Shown piece by piece: positions 28,939-38,750 of a stretch of DNA of 64,000 nt. The notes below the pieces were generated by a model. That model had not been told where the DNA came from, did not search any database, and worked only from the letters and a program-made list of their open reading frames with translations. The stretch lies in contig JAZRLB010000008.1 in NCBI GenBank assembly GCA_045646625.1, positions 3,234 to 67,233 of the forward strand, in the 5' to 3' direction. Every line of letters starts with the position of its first letter. Position 1 is the stretch's first letter. Both the position numbers and the translations under genes were made by a program. Source of the stretch: Candidatus Enterousia sp. (lineage in GTDB: Bacteria > Pseudomonadota > Alphaproteobacteria > Rs-D84).

Positions 28939-30510
28939 ATGGCTACGAAATATATATTTATTACAGGTGGGGTTGTGTCAAGTTTAGGCAAGGGCGTCGC
29001 AGCGGCAAGTTGTGGCGCCCTTCTTCAATCGCGGGGATATACTGTGCATGCGCGCAAATTTGACCCGTATTTGAATATAGATCCTGGCACTATGTCGCCG
29101 TTCCAGCACGGTGAAGTTTACGTCACAAATGACGGCTATGAAACGGACCTAGATTTAGGTTATTATGAACGATTCCTGGGGGTGCGTTTGTCGCGCAATG
29201 ATTCTGTGTCGGGGGGTCGCATATATTGGGATGTGCTGAATGCAGAACGTCACGGCGATTACCTGGGGGCGACGGTTCAAATGATTCCGCACGTGTCAAA
29301 TAAAATCAAAGAATATATATCTGCGCCAACCGATACAGATTTTGTTGTTTGTGAAATTGGTGGCACTGTCGGTGATATCGAAGGCAAGATATTCCTTGAA
29401 TCTATACGTCAGTTTGCAAATGATGTCGGGCGTCGCAATGTGATGTTTGTGCATTTGACATTGGCGCCGTACTTGGAAAAGTCCGGCGAATTAAAGACCA
29501 AGCCGACCCAAATGTCTGTACGTGAATTACTGGAAAACGGCATCCAGGCAGATATGTTGATTGTGCGCACGCCACGTATGTTGACGGCGTCCGAACGTGA
29601 CAAGATTGGTATGTTCTGTAATCTTCCTGCGAAAAGTGTAATCAGTGGAATCGACGTAGATAATATCTATAAAATACCATTGGCTTATGAGTCCCAGCAC
29701 GTTTTTGATATCATAGCAGACTATTTCAATCTGCCGCACGCGCGTGGTGATATGACCCGTTTTGAACGCATAGAACATTATCTGTTGGCGGACTTGCCAA
29801 CGGTAAATATTGGCATTGTTGGTAAATATTTTAATGTTCCTGATGCGTATAAATCGCTGAACGAAGCGCTGTTTCACGCCGGTATTCAAAATAATGTACA
29901 CGTAAAATTAAAAAAAATAGATGCCGAAAACTTTATGCCTGACGAATGTCGTGATGTTGACGGCATTTTGGTGCCGGGCGGTTTTGGTTCGCGTGGTGTT
30001 GACGGAAAAATAGCGGCGGCTGGCTTTGCCCGCGAAAACAGTGTGCCTTATATGGGTATATGTCTGGGTATGCAGGTTGCAGTTATCGAATTTGCGCGAA
30101 ATGTATTGGGGGTGCTCGATGCCAATTCAAGCGAATTTTCATCCACTTGTACACCTGTTATTGGAATTATTGCAGAACACGATGCGGAAAATATGGGTGG
30201 AACATTGCGGCTGGGGGCGTATCCTTGTGAAGTTATGCCTGGTACGCTTGCGCATAAAATATATGGCGCGTCCCATATATCTGAACGTCACCGTCATCGT
30301 TATGAAATGGATATTTCATTGGAACAGAAATTTGCCGCCGCGGGTCTGGTTATTTCTGGGCGCAGCCCTGATGGAAAATTGCCTGAAATGATTGAGTTAA
30401 AAAATCATCCATTTTTTGTGGCGGGACAATTTCATCCCGAATTTCAGTCCAGCCCATACACAGGCCACCCAATGTTTAACGCATTCATTGCTGCCTGCTG
30501 TCGCAAATAA
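28939..30510 (+). CDS. pyrG: CTP synthase
   Basis: MATKYIFITGGVVSSLGKG N-terminus. GATase domain GICLGMQ and FHPEF. Confidence 0.96.
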   Translation: MATKYIFITGGVVSSLGKGVAAASCGALLQSRGYTVHARKFDPYLNIDPGTMSPFQHGEVYVTNDGYETDLDLGYYERFLGVRLSRNDSVSGGRIYWDVLNAERHGDYLGATVQMIPHVSNKIKEYISAPTDTDFVVCEIGGTVGDIEGKIFLESIRQFANDVGRRNVMFVHLTLAPYLEKSGELKTKPTQMSVRELLENGIQADMLIVRTPRMLTASERDKIGMFCNLPAKSVISGIDVDNIYKIPLAYESQHVFDIIADYFNLPHARGDMTRFERIEHYLLADLPTVNIGIVGKYFNVPDAYKSLNEALFHAGIQNNVHVKLKKIDAENFMPDECRDVDGILVPGGFGSRGVDGKIAAAGFARENSVPYMGICLGMQVAVIEFARNVLGVLDANSSEFSSTCTPVIGIIAEHDAENMGGTLRLGAYPCEVMPGTLAHKIYGASHISERHRHRYEMDISLEQKFAAAGLVISGRSPDGKLPEMIELKNHPFFVAGQFHPEFQSSPYTGHPMFNAFIAACCRK

Positions 30511-30536
30511 AAATCCCCCGCTTTGGGGGATTTTTA
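30511..30536. terminator. bidirectional intrinsic terminator (pyrG / truA convergent)
   Basis: ATCCCCC-GCTTT-GGGGGAT hairpin flanked by an A-run and a T-run. Confidence 0.8.
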
Positions 30537-31265
30537 ATAATCTGCACGAATAAAATACAGCCCCGCTGCGGGCGCAGTTGGTCCTGCTGCACTGCGATTT
30601 TTTGCTGCCAAAATTTCATCGATATCGTATGGCTTGCCCAGACCTATTTCAATCAGTGTTCCAACAATGTTTCGCACCATATGATGCAGGAAAGAACGCG
30701 CCGAAAATTCAAAAATAATTTCATCGCCATTATGTGTAATTTGAATTTTATCCAGTGTTTTTATCGGTGATTTTGCCTGGCATTCTGATGCGCGAAAACT
30801 GGTAAAGTCGTGATTGCCAATCAGTTTTTCAGCAGCGCATTGCATTGCATTTATATCTAGCTTTTTTGGAACCCAATATACACGATTTTTATTCAATACG
30901 GGCGTTGCCCCACGATTAAGAACAACGTATTTATAGTGCCGTGCCATACAGTCAAATCGCGCATTAAAATCATCTGGCATAATTTCACACCCCAGTACCG
31001 CCACAGGTTTGCCTACCAAATAAAAATTCAGTGCCCGCATAACTGTTTCAGCGCTAAAGTCCCCATTGATATCGGTGTGTGCAATCATTGCAATGGCGTG
31101 CACGCCCGCGTCTGTGCGTCCAGCTGCGACAACATCTGGGCGCGCGCCACAGAATTTTTCAATTGCGTCTTTGACGGTTGATTGAACAGACGGTCCTTGG
31201 CGATTTTCCTGCCATCCAATCAGGTTCGTTCCGTCATATTCCAAAATCAATTTATATCGTGTCAT
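30534..31265 (-). CDS. truA: tRNA pseudouridine(38-40) synthase TruA
   Basis: MTRYKLILEYDGTNLIGWQ and GRTDAGVHA catalytic motif. The ORF could extend to 31295. Confidence 0.9.
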   Translation of the reverse strand: MTRYKLILEYDGTNLIGWQENRQGPSVQSTVKDAIEKFCGARPDVVAAGRTDAGVHAIAMIAHTDINGDFSAETVMRALNFYLVGKPVAVLGCEIMPDDFNARFDCMARHYKYVVLNRGATPVLNKNRVYWVPKKLDINAMQCAAEKLIGNHDFTSFRASECQAKSPIKTLDKIQITHNGDEIIFEFSARSFLHHMVRNIVGTLIEIGLGKPYDIDEILAAKNRSAAGPTAPAAGLYFIRADY

Positions 31266-31273
31266 TTTTTGTT

Positions 31274-31648
31274 TTATCTTTGCTTGTCCAACCATTTTCT
31301 ACGTGGTAAAAATCTTTCGTCCAGTTCAAAACTACTGCACGTATCCTCGGGATTTACAGATCGTGGGCCGTGTAATAAAAAATTAAAGAAGTCAGCATGA
31401 TAACAGGCGGGTTTTCCATGATAATAATCGAAATACACACAGTGTTTGCATAGTCTTGATGTCTGATATGGAATTGCTTCGAAATCATCGCACGATTCCA
31501 TATTTGGTTTTTTTATTATTTTATAGCCCGTAATCAGACGCAACACAGGGCTGCGTTTGCCGCATACAACCCCATTATCATTTTCAATACTGTGCACACA
31601 GTTTATACAACTTTTTTCGAATATGATCGGTCCATCGATTATTTCCAT
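31274..31648 (-). CDS. Cys-rich hypothetical protein (124 aa)
   Basis: ORF inserted between fmt and truA on the same strand. CxxC pairs (CINC, CKHC) plus further Cys and His. No family recognised. Confidence 0.5.
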   Translation of the reverse strand: MEIIDGPIIFEKSCINCVHSIENDNGVVCGKRSPVLRLITGYKIIKKPNMESCDDFEAIPYQTSRLCKHCVYFDYYHGKPACYHADFFNFLLHGPRSVNPEDTCSSFELDERFLPRRKWLDKQR

Positions 31649-31651
31649 TTT

Positions 31652-32458
31652 TTATTCTCCATATTTTATTTCTGCGCCGCGCAAACCATTTACAAAACTT
31701 TTCCAGTCCATTGGATTTTTGCCGGCCGGCTGAAGACGCAAAATATTAATTTGTTCGTTATCGATTTTTGTTTCCAATATTTTTACATCTGTTCCATTAA
31801 TTTTTGTGCGCCCGCACCCCAGTGCACGAATCTGGTTGTGTATTTCACGTGGTGTTCGTGTCCAGTCAATTATTTCGTCCGCACCGCTCCATTTTTTTGT
31901 AAAAGTTGGTGTGCCGATTTGTGGTGTGGGCTGAAAATCGGATGGATGCGCAAAAAAATCATTCAGCATATCAGTACTGATTTTCGAAACTTTATTTTCT
32001 ATTGTATCATTGGTATCATCATCAGCGATTTCGAACACGCGTTTCATATAAACGTCACCTGCATCCATTTCCGCATTCATTGCCATCAAGCATACTGCAG
32101 ATTCCTTGTCCCCATTATAAATGGCCGTACGTATCGGTGACGGGCCACGATATTTAGGTAAATCACTTGGGTGAATATTTATACACGTCGCAGAAGATAA
32201 GACATTGTCGCGTAAAATCACCCCGTATGAAATGACAACGACCATATCAGGCGCATAGTTATATTCATTAATATTTGTGTGAACGCGCAGTCCGTTTTCA
32301 TTTGCCCACACGTGCACAGGCGAAGGTGTTAATATTTTTTTGCGTCCCTGTGGCTTTGGTGCGCGTGTAAACACAGCCATTATTTCGTGGCCGTTGTTTT
32401 TTATTGCGTCAAAGATTGGAACAACAAATGCGTTTGTTCCCATTAAAACCAGTTTCAT
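31652..32458 (-). CDS. fmt: methionyl-tRNA formyltransferase (compact, 268 aa)
   Basis: HPSDLPKYRGPSPIRTAI motif and def-fmt synteny with a 4-nt overlap. Confidence 0.88.
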   Translation of the reverse strand: MKLVLMGTNAFVVPIFDAIKNNGHEIMAVFTRAPKPQGRKKILTPSPVHVWANENGLRVHTNINEYNYAPDMVVVISYGVILRDNVLSSATCINIHPSDLPKYRGPSPIRTAIYNGDKESAVCLMAMNAEMDAGDVYMKRVFEIADDDTNDTIENKVSKISTDMLNDFFAHPSDFQPTPQIGTPTFTKKWSGADEIIDWTRTPREIHNQIRALGCGRTKINGTDVKILETKIDNEQINILRLQPAGKNPMDWKSFVNGLRGAEIKYGE

Positions 32459-32958
32459 TTTTTAATCTTCTTGACTTTTCGCATTAACATTTCGCGACGC
32501 ACCGGTGACAGATGGTCTATAAACAGTTTTCCGTCCAGATGGTCTGTTTCGTGTTGTGCGATTCTGGCGGGTACCCCAGACATCTGGGCTGTCTTTTTTG
32601 TGCCTGTTTCGTCCATCCATTCAACAATAACGGATTCAGGTCGTGTCACATTTGCAAATACCGGCAATCCATCGCTGCCCAGTACTGACAAACAGCCTTC
32701 TTCCATTGTACAGGTGTTATTGCTGGTCGACACAATGCGTGGATTAATCATTTTATACACAGTTTCGGAATCTGGGTCCATCATAACCAAGAAACGCGAT
32801 AATATTCCCACCTGGGGTGCCGCCAGCCCGACACCATTTTGTTCGCGCATCATCGCAACCATTTCGTCCAGTGTCGTCAGAATTTCCGGTGTAATATTGT
32901 CCACTGGCGCACAATTTGTGCGCAAAACTAAATCACCACAAAGTTTCATTTGCAACAT
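32455..32958 (-). CDS. def: peptide deformylase
   Basis: GVGLAAPQVG, EGCLS and HETDHLDG motifs. Confidence 0.95.
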   Translation of the reverse strand: MLQMKLCGDLVLRTNCAPVDNITPEILTTLDEMVAMMREQNGVGLAAPQVGILSRFLVMMDPDSETVYKMINPRIVSTSNNTCTMEEGCLSVLGSDGLPVFANVTRPESVIVEWMDETGTKKTAQMSGVPARIAQHETDHLDGKLFIDHLSPVRREMLMRKVKKIKK

Positions 32959-33000
32959 ATGTAAAACCTCTTATAATAAATAATAACAAAGGAAAGGAAA

Positions 33001-33879
33001 ATGACAACTTATATTTTTGTATTATTAGTAATAATTATTGTTTTGTTAATTGCGTTGCTGATGCGTCGTCCGACGATTGACATCTCGGCCCTGCGCGAAG
33101 ACAATGCTCGTTTGCGCGAACGTCTGGCGGAACGCCTTGGGGCGCTTAGTCAAAACGCGATAGAATTAAAGAATATCAGTGGCGATATTGCGAATTTCAA
33201 GAATATTCTAATGGGCAATAAACAGGCGCGCGGCACTTTTGGTGAACGCCAGTTGGAAGATTTAGTGGCCGATATAATGCCGCCTGAAACTTATAAATTT
33301 CAGGCAAAATTACCAACCAATGTACGGCCAGACTGCCTGATTAAATTGCCATATCCGCCTGGCGATATGGTAATTGACAGTAAATTCCCACTGGAAAGTT
33401 ATAATCGTATGATTGCCGATAAAAATGATGGTGTGGCGCGAAAACAGTTTGATTTAGATGTTCGTACACATATCGACGCAATTGCGGAAAAGTACATAAT
33501 AACTGGTGTGACGGCTGAATCAGCGATGATGTTCATTGCATCTGAATCTATATTTGAAACATTACATTGCGAATTCCAGGACACGATTAACTATGCTGCA
33601 CGCAAGAAAGTGTTTATTGTATCCCCATCAACATTGTGGGCGACATTGAACACAATTCGTTCTGTTTTGTCTGATATAAAAATCAAGCGTGTTGCCACAA
33701 AGATTAAGCGTGAATTAGATGCGTTGCTAGAAGATTTGACACGTTTGAACGACCGCACATTGAACGTAGAAAAACATTTCCGTTCGGCGCAAACTGACAT
33801 TGATCAAATACAAATATCCATTGGCAAAATCGCGCCTCGTGCTGAAAAATTACGCGCCATGGATTTCGGTGAAGAATAA
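33001..33879 (+). CDS. rmuC: DNA recombination protein RmuC (short form)
   Basis: N-terminal TM, coiled coil, and the RmuC nuclease-like core (RGTFGERQLEDLV, VIDSKFPLESY). Confidence 0.82.
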   Translation: MTTYIFVLLVIIIVLLIALLMRRPTIDISALREDNARLRERLAERLGALSQNAIELKNISGDIANFKNILMGNKQARGTFGERQLEDLVADIMPPETYKFQAKLPTNVRPDCLIKLPYPPGDMVIDSKFPLESYNRMIADKNDGVARKQFDLDVRTHIDAIAEKYIITGVTAESAMMFIASESIFETLHCEFQDTINYAARKKVFIVSPSTLWATLNTIRSVLSDIKIKRVATKIKRELDALLEDLTRLNDRTLNVEKHFRSAQTDIDQIQISIGKIAPRAEKLRAMDFGEE

Positions 33880-33883
33880 AAAA

Positions 33884-33908
33884 TGCCGCCATTTTGGCGG
33901 TTTTTTAT
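33884..33908. terminator. bidirectional intrinsic terminator (rmuC / RNHCP gene)
   Basis: CCGCC-ATTTT-GGCGG hairpin flanked by an A-run and T6. Confidence 0.7.
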
Positions 33909-34219
33909 TTCCCAAATATAAAAGAATTGTCTTTTGATATTTCTATAATCGCATCAATATTATCGTTATCGCTAGAACGTTGACGCTTTATCTTGCCACA
34001 TATTTCGCATTTGTGTGTGATAATGAATTTGTCGCCATCAGATTCAATTGAAATTGGTCGCATCATACCGCCACAGGTTGCAGCACGATCACCTGGGTTG
34101 TTGTCAACGTGTCTTGACCAAATGCAGTCAGGGCAATGGTTTGTATATCCATTACCATGTACAACTGCGCCACAATGGGCGCAGTTAAAATCTTCGACTG
34201 TTTTTGTAAAGCCTTTCAT
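33905..34219 (-). CDS. RNHCP-domain zinc-ribbon protein
   Basis: FNCAHCG...YTNHCPDCIWSRHVD...PGDRAATCGGMM matches the RNHCP signature. 1-nt TAATG overlap with the upstream GapR gene. Confidence 0.72.
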   Translation of the reverse strand: MKGFTKTVEDFNCAHCGAVVHGNGYTNHCPDCIWSRHVDNNPGDRAATCGGMMRPISIESDGDKFIITHKCEICGKIKRQRSSDNDNIDAIIEISKDNSFIFGK

Positions 34220-34467
34220 TATATGCCCAATGCGTTACGATACATTTGTGTCAATTCGTCTGCTTCGTCCAGTTCATCTGGGTCCAGTTTGCGCAGGCGT
34301 ATCATCTGGCGAATGTATTTCGGGTCAAAACCTGCGGATTTAGCCTCGGAATAAATTTCTTTGATATCTGCTGCGATGGCTGCGGTATCTTCGTTTAATT
34401 TTTCGATACGTTCAATAATGCTTAACAACTGTTGGTTGTCTATTGCGCCGTGATTTGCCTGTTTCAT
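34219..34467 (-). CDS. gapR: GapR/DUF2312 (UPF0335) nucleoid-associated protein
   Basis: 82 aa. QLLSIIERIEKLNEDTAAIAADIKEIYSEAKSAGFDPKYIRQMIRLRK is the characteristic alphaproteobacterial DUF2312 pattern. Confidence 0.85.
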   Translation of the reverse strand: MKQANHGAIDNQQLLSIIERIEKLNEDTAAIAADIKEIYSEAKSAGFDPKYIRQMIRLRKLDPDELDEADELTQMYRNALGI

Positions 34468-34563
34468 TGCTGATTTCCCCTTGTTTATTAATATCTTTTA
34501 TGATATACCATAATTCGTAAAAATCAAGAAAACAAAAAATAAAGTGTATACCAAGGATTTGTG

Positions 34564-35934
34564 ATGAAAAAATTTACAAAAATAACAGCATCAATTGGCC
34601 CAAAATGTGAAGATCGCGAAACATTAACTCGTATGATTTCTGCGGGCGTGAACATGTGTCGTTTGAATTTCAGTCACGATACAGGTGATGTCCAGGGGCG
34701 TAAAATTGATATGATACGCGAAATATCGGCTGAGTTAAATATTCCAGTTGCGGTTATGATTGATCTGCAGGGGCCAAAACATCGTATTGGTAATTTTGAA
34801 ACCGAAGATAAATATCCATTGGAAATCGGCCAGAAATTTACATTTGATACAGACACGACACCGGGCAATGCCACACGTGTCCAGTTGCCAGATGCAGATG
34901 TTTTAGCATCATTGAATGTTGGCGACCGTATCTTGTTAAATGACGGCAAAATTGAAATGCGTGTTGATTACGCATCGCCAGAACGTGTGGATGCGACGGT
35001 TGTTCGTGGTACTGAAATCTGGTCGCGTCGTGGATTTAATTTGCCGGACACTGAAATTAATACATCTGTTCTGACGGCCAAGGATCGCGCGGATTTAGAA
35101 TATGCTGTCACAAAAAAACCGGACTACGTTGCGATTTCATTTGTGCAAAAACCAGAAGATATTGCCGAAGTTCGCGATTTTATAACACAACGCAGCGCAC
35201 ATCCGATTAAGATTATTGCAAAAATTGAACGTCCAAATGCGGTTGAACGCATTACCGACATCGCGGCGGCGGCGGATGGCATTATGATTGCGCGTGGTGA
35301 CCTTGCGGTCGAAGTGCCATATGCCGAAGTTCCAGCCATATCGCGCCACATTATTCGTGAATGTCGCAAAATGAACAAACCTGTTATTGTTGCAACCCAG
35401 ATGTTGGGTTCTATGGTCAACAGTGAATTTCCAACCCGCGCCGAAATCACAGACGTTGCGAACACGGCGTATCTTCGCGCAGATTCGACTATGACATCCG
35501 AAGAAACGACAATTGGCGTCAATCCTGTTAACGTTATTGAAACAATGTCTAATATCTTGTCGCACGCGGATGCGGACGCCATTGCGAATCCATACGATTG
35601 GTCGCGTGTTGAAAATATCCCAGAAAATGATTGGTCGCGTTCTGTTGCATCTATGGCATATCTTAACAAAGCGTCAGCTATTGTGGTTTTTGCGCGTGAC
35701 ACGATTGCCGCGACTCAGATATCGTGCCGCAAACCCGACATTCCTGTTATTGCGGTATGTAACGAAGCGGTGGTCGCAAATCAATTGTGTTTGGCGCGTG
35801 GTGTATTTCCAATCTATTGCCCAGAATTGTTTGGTATGCGCGATGGCTTTAATGCCGCCCGCAGATTTAATATCAATATGGGTAAATTGGTTATTGTTGA
35901 TGAAGACAAAATCAGTCTGCGCACATTGGATTGA
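34564..35934 (+). CDS. pyk: pyruvate kinase
   Basis: KITASIGP, NMCRLNFSHD, MIARGDLAVEV and VATQMLGSM motifs. AAGGA RBS before the ATG at 34564. Confidence 0.93.
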   Translation: MKKFTKITASIGPKCEDRETLTRMISAGVNMCRLNFSHDTGDVQGRKIDMIREISAELNIPVAVMIDLQGPKHRIGNFETEDKYPLEIGQKFTFDTDTTPGNATRVQLPDADVLASLNVGDRILLNDGKIEMRVDYASPERVDATVVRGTEIWSRRGFNLPDTEINTSVLTAKDRADLEYAVTKKPDYVAISFVQKPEDIAEVRDFITQRSAHPIKIIAKIERPNAVERITDIAAAADGIMIARGDLAVEVPYAEVPAISRHIIRECRKMNKPVIVATQMLGSMVNSEFPTRAEITDVANTAYLRADSTMTSEETTIGVNPVNVIETMSNILSHADADAIANPYDWSRVENIPENDWSRSVASMAYLNKASAIVVFARDTIAATQISCRKPDIPVIAVCNEAVVANQLCLARGVFPIYCPELFGMRDGFNAARRFNINMGKLVIVDEDKISLRTLD

Positions 35935-35935
35935 G

Positions 35936-35965
35936 AAAAAAACCGCCAAACGGCGGTTTTTTTAT
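35936..35965. terminator. bidirectional intrinsic terminator (pyk / membrane-protein operon)
   Basis: AACCGCC-AAAC-GGCGGTT hairpin flanked by A6 and T7. Confidence 0.8.
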
Positions 35966-37260
35966 TTTTTCCCATCCTTGATAATTTTCCACCACTCTTT
36001 TGCTGTTCCGTATGTTTTTTTCCACAGCGTGCTGACATCTCCGCGCATTTGGTCGCCGACCTTGGTCGATATAGAACCGCCCAATTTGCTTGCAATGTCC
36101 ATACCGCGACTGGCGAACCACCACGTTAACAACACAACCAACAGCGTTTCCAGAAAACCGCCTGGATTCAGATTTGGAACACGTGATGATAGATTTGTAT
36201 CCACAGTACCTGACAGCAAGGCCGCACAAAACGCAACAACGATTGACAGTGAAACAAAATAAAGCGATGCTTTAATAAATTTTTCTATTTGTGCCTCGAC
36301 CGTCTCTGCTTTGAATATCCCCAGAAATTGATTAAATATATTGCCTGCCATCCCCTTATATGATGTGCTGCCAACTGTCTGTGTCAGTGCCGTAAACGGC
36401 AGCATCATAACGGACAAGAACAAATCTGCTATAACCCCCAGCGCCATAAATGCAAATTTCCATGCCAGCATAATGAACATAACAATGAATATCAGGCCGC
36501 CTATAACAGAAAAAGCGCTGGTTCCAATGCCTGAAATAATCCATTGCCATCCTGCTGCAATCGCGGTATAGCAAAAGCCGGATACGCGTGTCGGTACACA
36601 CAGTATATCTGCTGCGGCATCTGCATCCAGGATATTGTTTGTTTCGATATGTGTCTGGGCGTATGTGTGAATAGCGGCGCACGTATCTGGCAGTTCTGCC
36701 CCCGCACTTTGTGCCACCGCCCCCAGTATTAAATCAGACGCATATGTTCCAATGCTAACAATTGGTCCCATTATCCACATAAAAATTTGGGCTGGGCCAA
36801 AACGCAGTATTACAACCCACACCGCAATCATTGTGCCTTTTTTTACAATTTCGGTCAGGTGTTTAAGTACATCGCCCTTGCCGCTTTGCATCATATTGTA
36901 CGTATCAAATATCACCCAAAAAGCAAATGCGATAAACATAAATAAAATGACAAAGCGCACCAGTGATGAATCTAAAATTTCTGAAATAAATGACAGCGCA
37001 TTCATAAATGCCAGACCGATTTTCGCTTCGATTGGTACATAGTCACGTACCAGTTGCTTTTGAAACTCGTCTTGAAATCGTTCTGCGTCATTTGAAATTC
37101 CTGTCACGAAGCGTTCACGATTATTTTCTGTTGCCCATGTTCCGTGATCGCCAATGTCCCCCATTGGTAAATTTGCAGTTGCACCGATTGCAGGTGCTGC
37201 CAGTCCTGCCACCAAAACGACAATAAATAATTTTGATAAAAATCTACGCAGTATATTCAT
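35962..37260 (-). CDS. polytopic membrane protein, paralogue 4 of 5 (TrbL/VirB6-like architecture, tentative)
   Basis: 432 aa. Signal peptide MNILRRFLSKLFIVVLVAGLAAPAIGA. TM pair followed by FGPAQIFMWIMGPIVSIG, a Cys-containing central loop, more TMs and a tail ...WWKIIKDGKK. TAATG overlap with the upstream paralogue. Coding status is confident; the family call rests on architecture only. Confidence 0.5.
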   Translation of the reverse strand: MNILRRFLSKLFIVVLVAGLAAPAIGATANLPMGDIGDHGTWATENNRERFVTGISNDAERFQDEFQKQLVRDYVPIEAKIGLAFMNALSFISEILDSSLVRFVILFMFIAFAFWVIFDTYNMMQSGKGDVLKHLTEIVKKGTMIAVWVVILRFGPAQIFMWIMGPIVSIGTYASDLILGAVAQSAGAELPDTCAAIHTYAQTHIETNNILDADAAADILCVPTRVSGFCYTAIAAGWQWIISGIGTSAFSVIGGLIFIVMFIMLAWKFAFMALGVIADLFLSVMMLPFTALTQTVGSTSYKGMAGNIFNQFLGIFKAETVEAQIEKFIKASLYFVSLSIVVAFCAALLSGTVDTNLSSRVPNLNPGGFLETLLVVLLTWWFASRGMDIASKLGGSISTKVGDQMRGDVSTLWKKTYGTAKEWWKIIKDGKK

Positions 37261-38750
37261 TATTTTTTACCCATAGCCTTGGTGACTTTTTCTGTTATCT
37301 GAACGGGAACTGCCCAAATCTTTTGACCTAAATCGTGTACCCAGGCACCATAGTCGAACTGTTCACCTGTTGATACGTTGGCATTTTCGCCTGGTACAGG
37401 CAGTTTTACCGCCCCGTTTGGTAACAGCGCATCAATCTTTGGTGCAATCGCATAATAGTAAATAAAGAACAAGAATACCATCATCAACAGGAAATCCCAG
37501 CCGTCTGACAGAAAGTCAAAGGCCCCAGGATACATTCGTTCTACTTCTGCCTTGCGTGCGGTAAAACAGTCTTTGAATCTTTCGGCATCCATTTCACCGT
37601 CAACCAGTGCCACAGACTCGCAAGTCGAGAACACGTTCATAACCGACAGCGTTTGTGCATCCGGATTTTCTGCGTGCATACCCATCATAGGCGGTAAAAT
37701 TGCTGTGTATCCATCGCGTGGCCCTGGGAAATACATATCCGCTGTGAAAGAAATTGTTGCATATATCAATAATACTTTCAGTGTAATCGCAATAATTCGC
37801 ACCGCGGATGATACAACCAGTCCAATTGCATTGCTGAATAATTTATTTGCTTTGGACCATGTTCCCTCAAAAGCGGTCGCCGCCAATAACAAAGGCAAGA
37901 ATATGATTATAAATATCAGCTTGAACACAATAGATAATATTTGAAAAAATAAATCGAAACCAATGACCAAGAACATTATAACCAATGCCAATCCGGCCAG
38001 CCACGTAAACGCACCGCCCCCCAGCCCCAGCCATGAATAATTCATCAGTGCAAAACCACCGGCTGCACCGGCCAACATTACACTATTGATATTTCCCATA
38101 ACGCACATAAAAGGTTGCATAATTGGGTTTAATATATCGCGGCTGTCACCATTTTCTGTTGTTTTCAGTGCCCCACATTGTGCTGCATCTGTCACCCCGG
38201 ACGCCATCATCCCCAGTTCAGCCCCAACATATAAAACCGGTGTAATTGTTATCTGTGATACGCTGCGCAGTGCGGCATTTCCACCCATACCCAATGCCCC
38301 CATCAATACACCGACCACCATCAGGCGTACCCCCAGTTTCCAAATCTTGTCCCACCAGGCTTTCAGTTCAATTTTATGTTCGGTTGGATTTTCATAATTA
38401 ACAGTTTTCTTGGCGTGTTCGAAAATATATTGTGCCGTGTGAATAAAAATAAAAATTCCAAAACCAATTGCCATTAAAATCCACAGGTTCTCGACCATTA
38501 AGGTCCAAAAACGCTCGGTTGCATCCCCGATTACTGAAAATAAATCTGCAATATACCTGCACATAAAGCAGCCATTGGCGCTTGCAATATCGCCATTTTC
38601 AACACCGGCGGCGGTCAAAAAGTTTTTCATACTGGTATATGTCAGCGCCGACCCGCCCAGGGATGACGACAAATACCAAATCCCCAGTCCCAAAGCAATC
38701 GCGCCCATCAGCAATCGCACACCAATTAAAATCAATTGTACTTTTAGCAT
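37260..38750 (-). CDS. polytopic membrane protein, paralogue 3 of 5 (TrbL/VirB6-like architecture, tentative)
   Basis: 496 aa. GCFMCRYIADLF motif, NAALRSVSQITITPVLYVG motif, central loop with Cys pair, tail ...KVTKAMGKK. TAATG overlaps at both ends. Confidence 0.5.
   Translation of the reverse strand: MLKVQLILIGVRLLMGAIALGLGIWYLSSSLGGSALTYTSMKNFLTAAGVENGDIASANGCFMCRYIADLFSVIGDATERFWTLMVENLWILMAIGFGIFIFIHTAQYIFEHAKKTVNYENPTEHKIELKAWWDKIWKLGVRLMVVGVLMGALGMGGNAALRSVSQITITPVLYVGAELGMMASGVTDAAQCGALKTTENGDSRDILNPIMQPFMCVMGNINSVMLAGAAGGFALMNYSWLGLGGGAFTWLAGLALVIMFLVIGFDLFFQILSIVFKLIFIIIFLPLLLAATAFEGTWSKANKLFSNAIGLVVSSAVRIIAITLKVLLIYATISFTADMYFPGPRDGYTAILPPMMGMHAENPDAQTLSVMNVFSTCESVALVDGEMDAERFKDCFTARKAEVERMYPGAFDFLSDGWDFLLMMVFLFFIYYYAIAPKIDALLPNGAVKLPVPGENANVSTGEQFDYGAWVHDLGQKIWAVPVQITEKVTKAMGKK

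Noticed and set aside
35513-36262. A 249-aa plus-strand ORF bridging the 3' end of pyk, the bidirectional terminator and the end of the membrane-protein operon.
   Set aside because: It runs through a strong terminator hairpin, is out of frame with pyk, and overlaps two better-supported genes. Its translation has no recognisable features.
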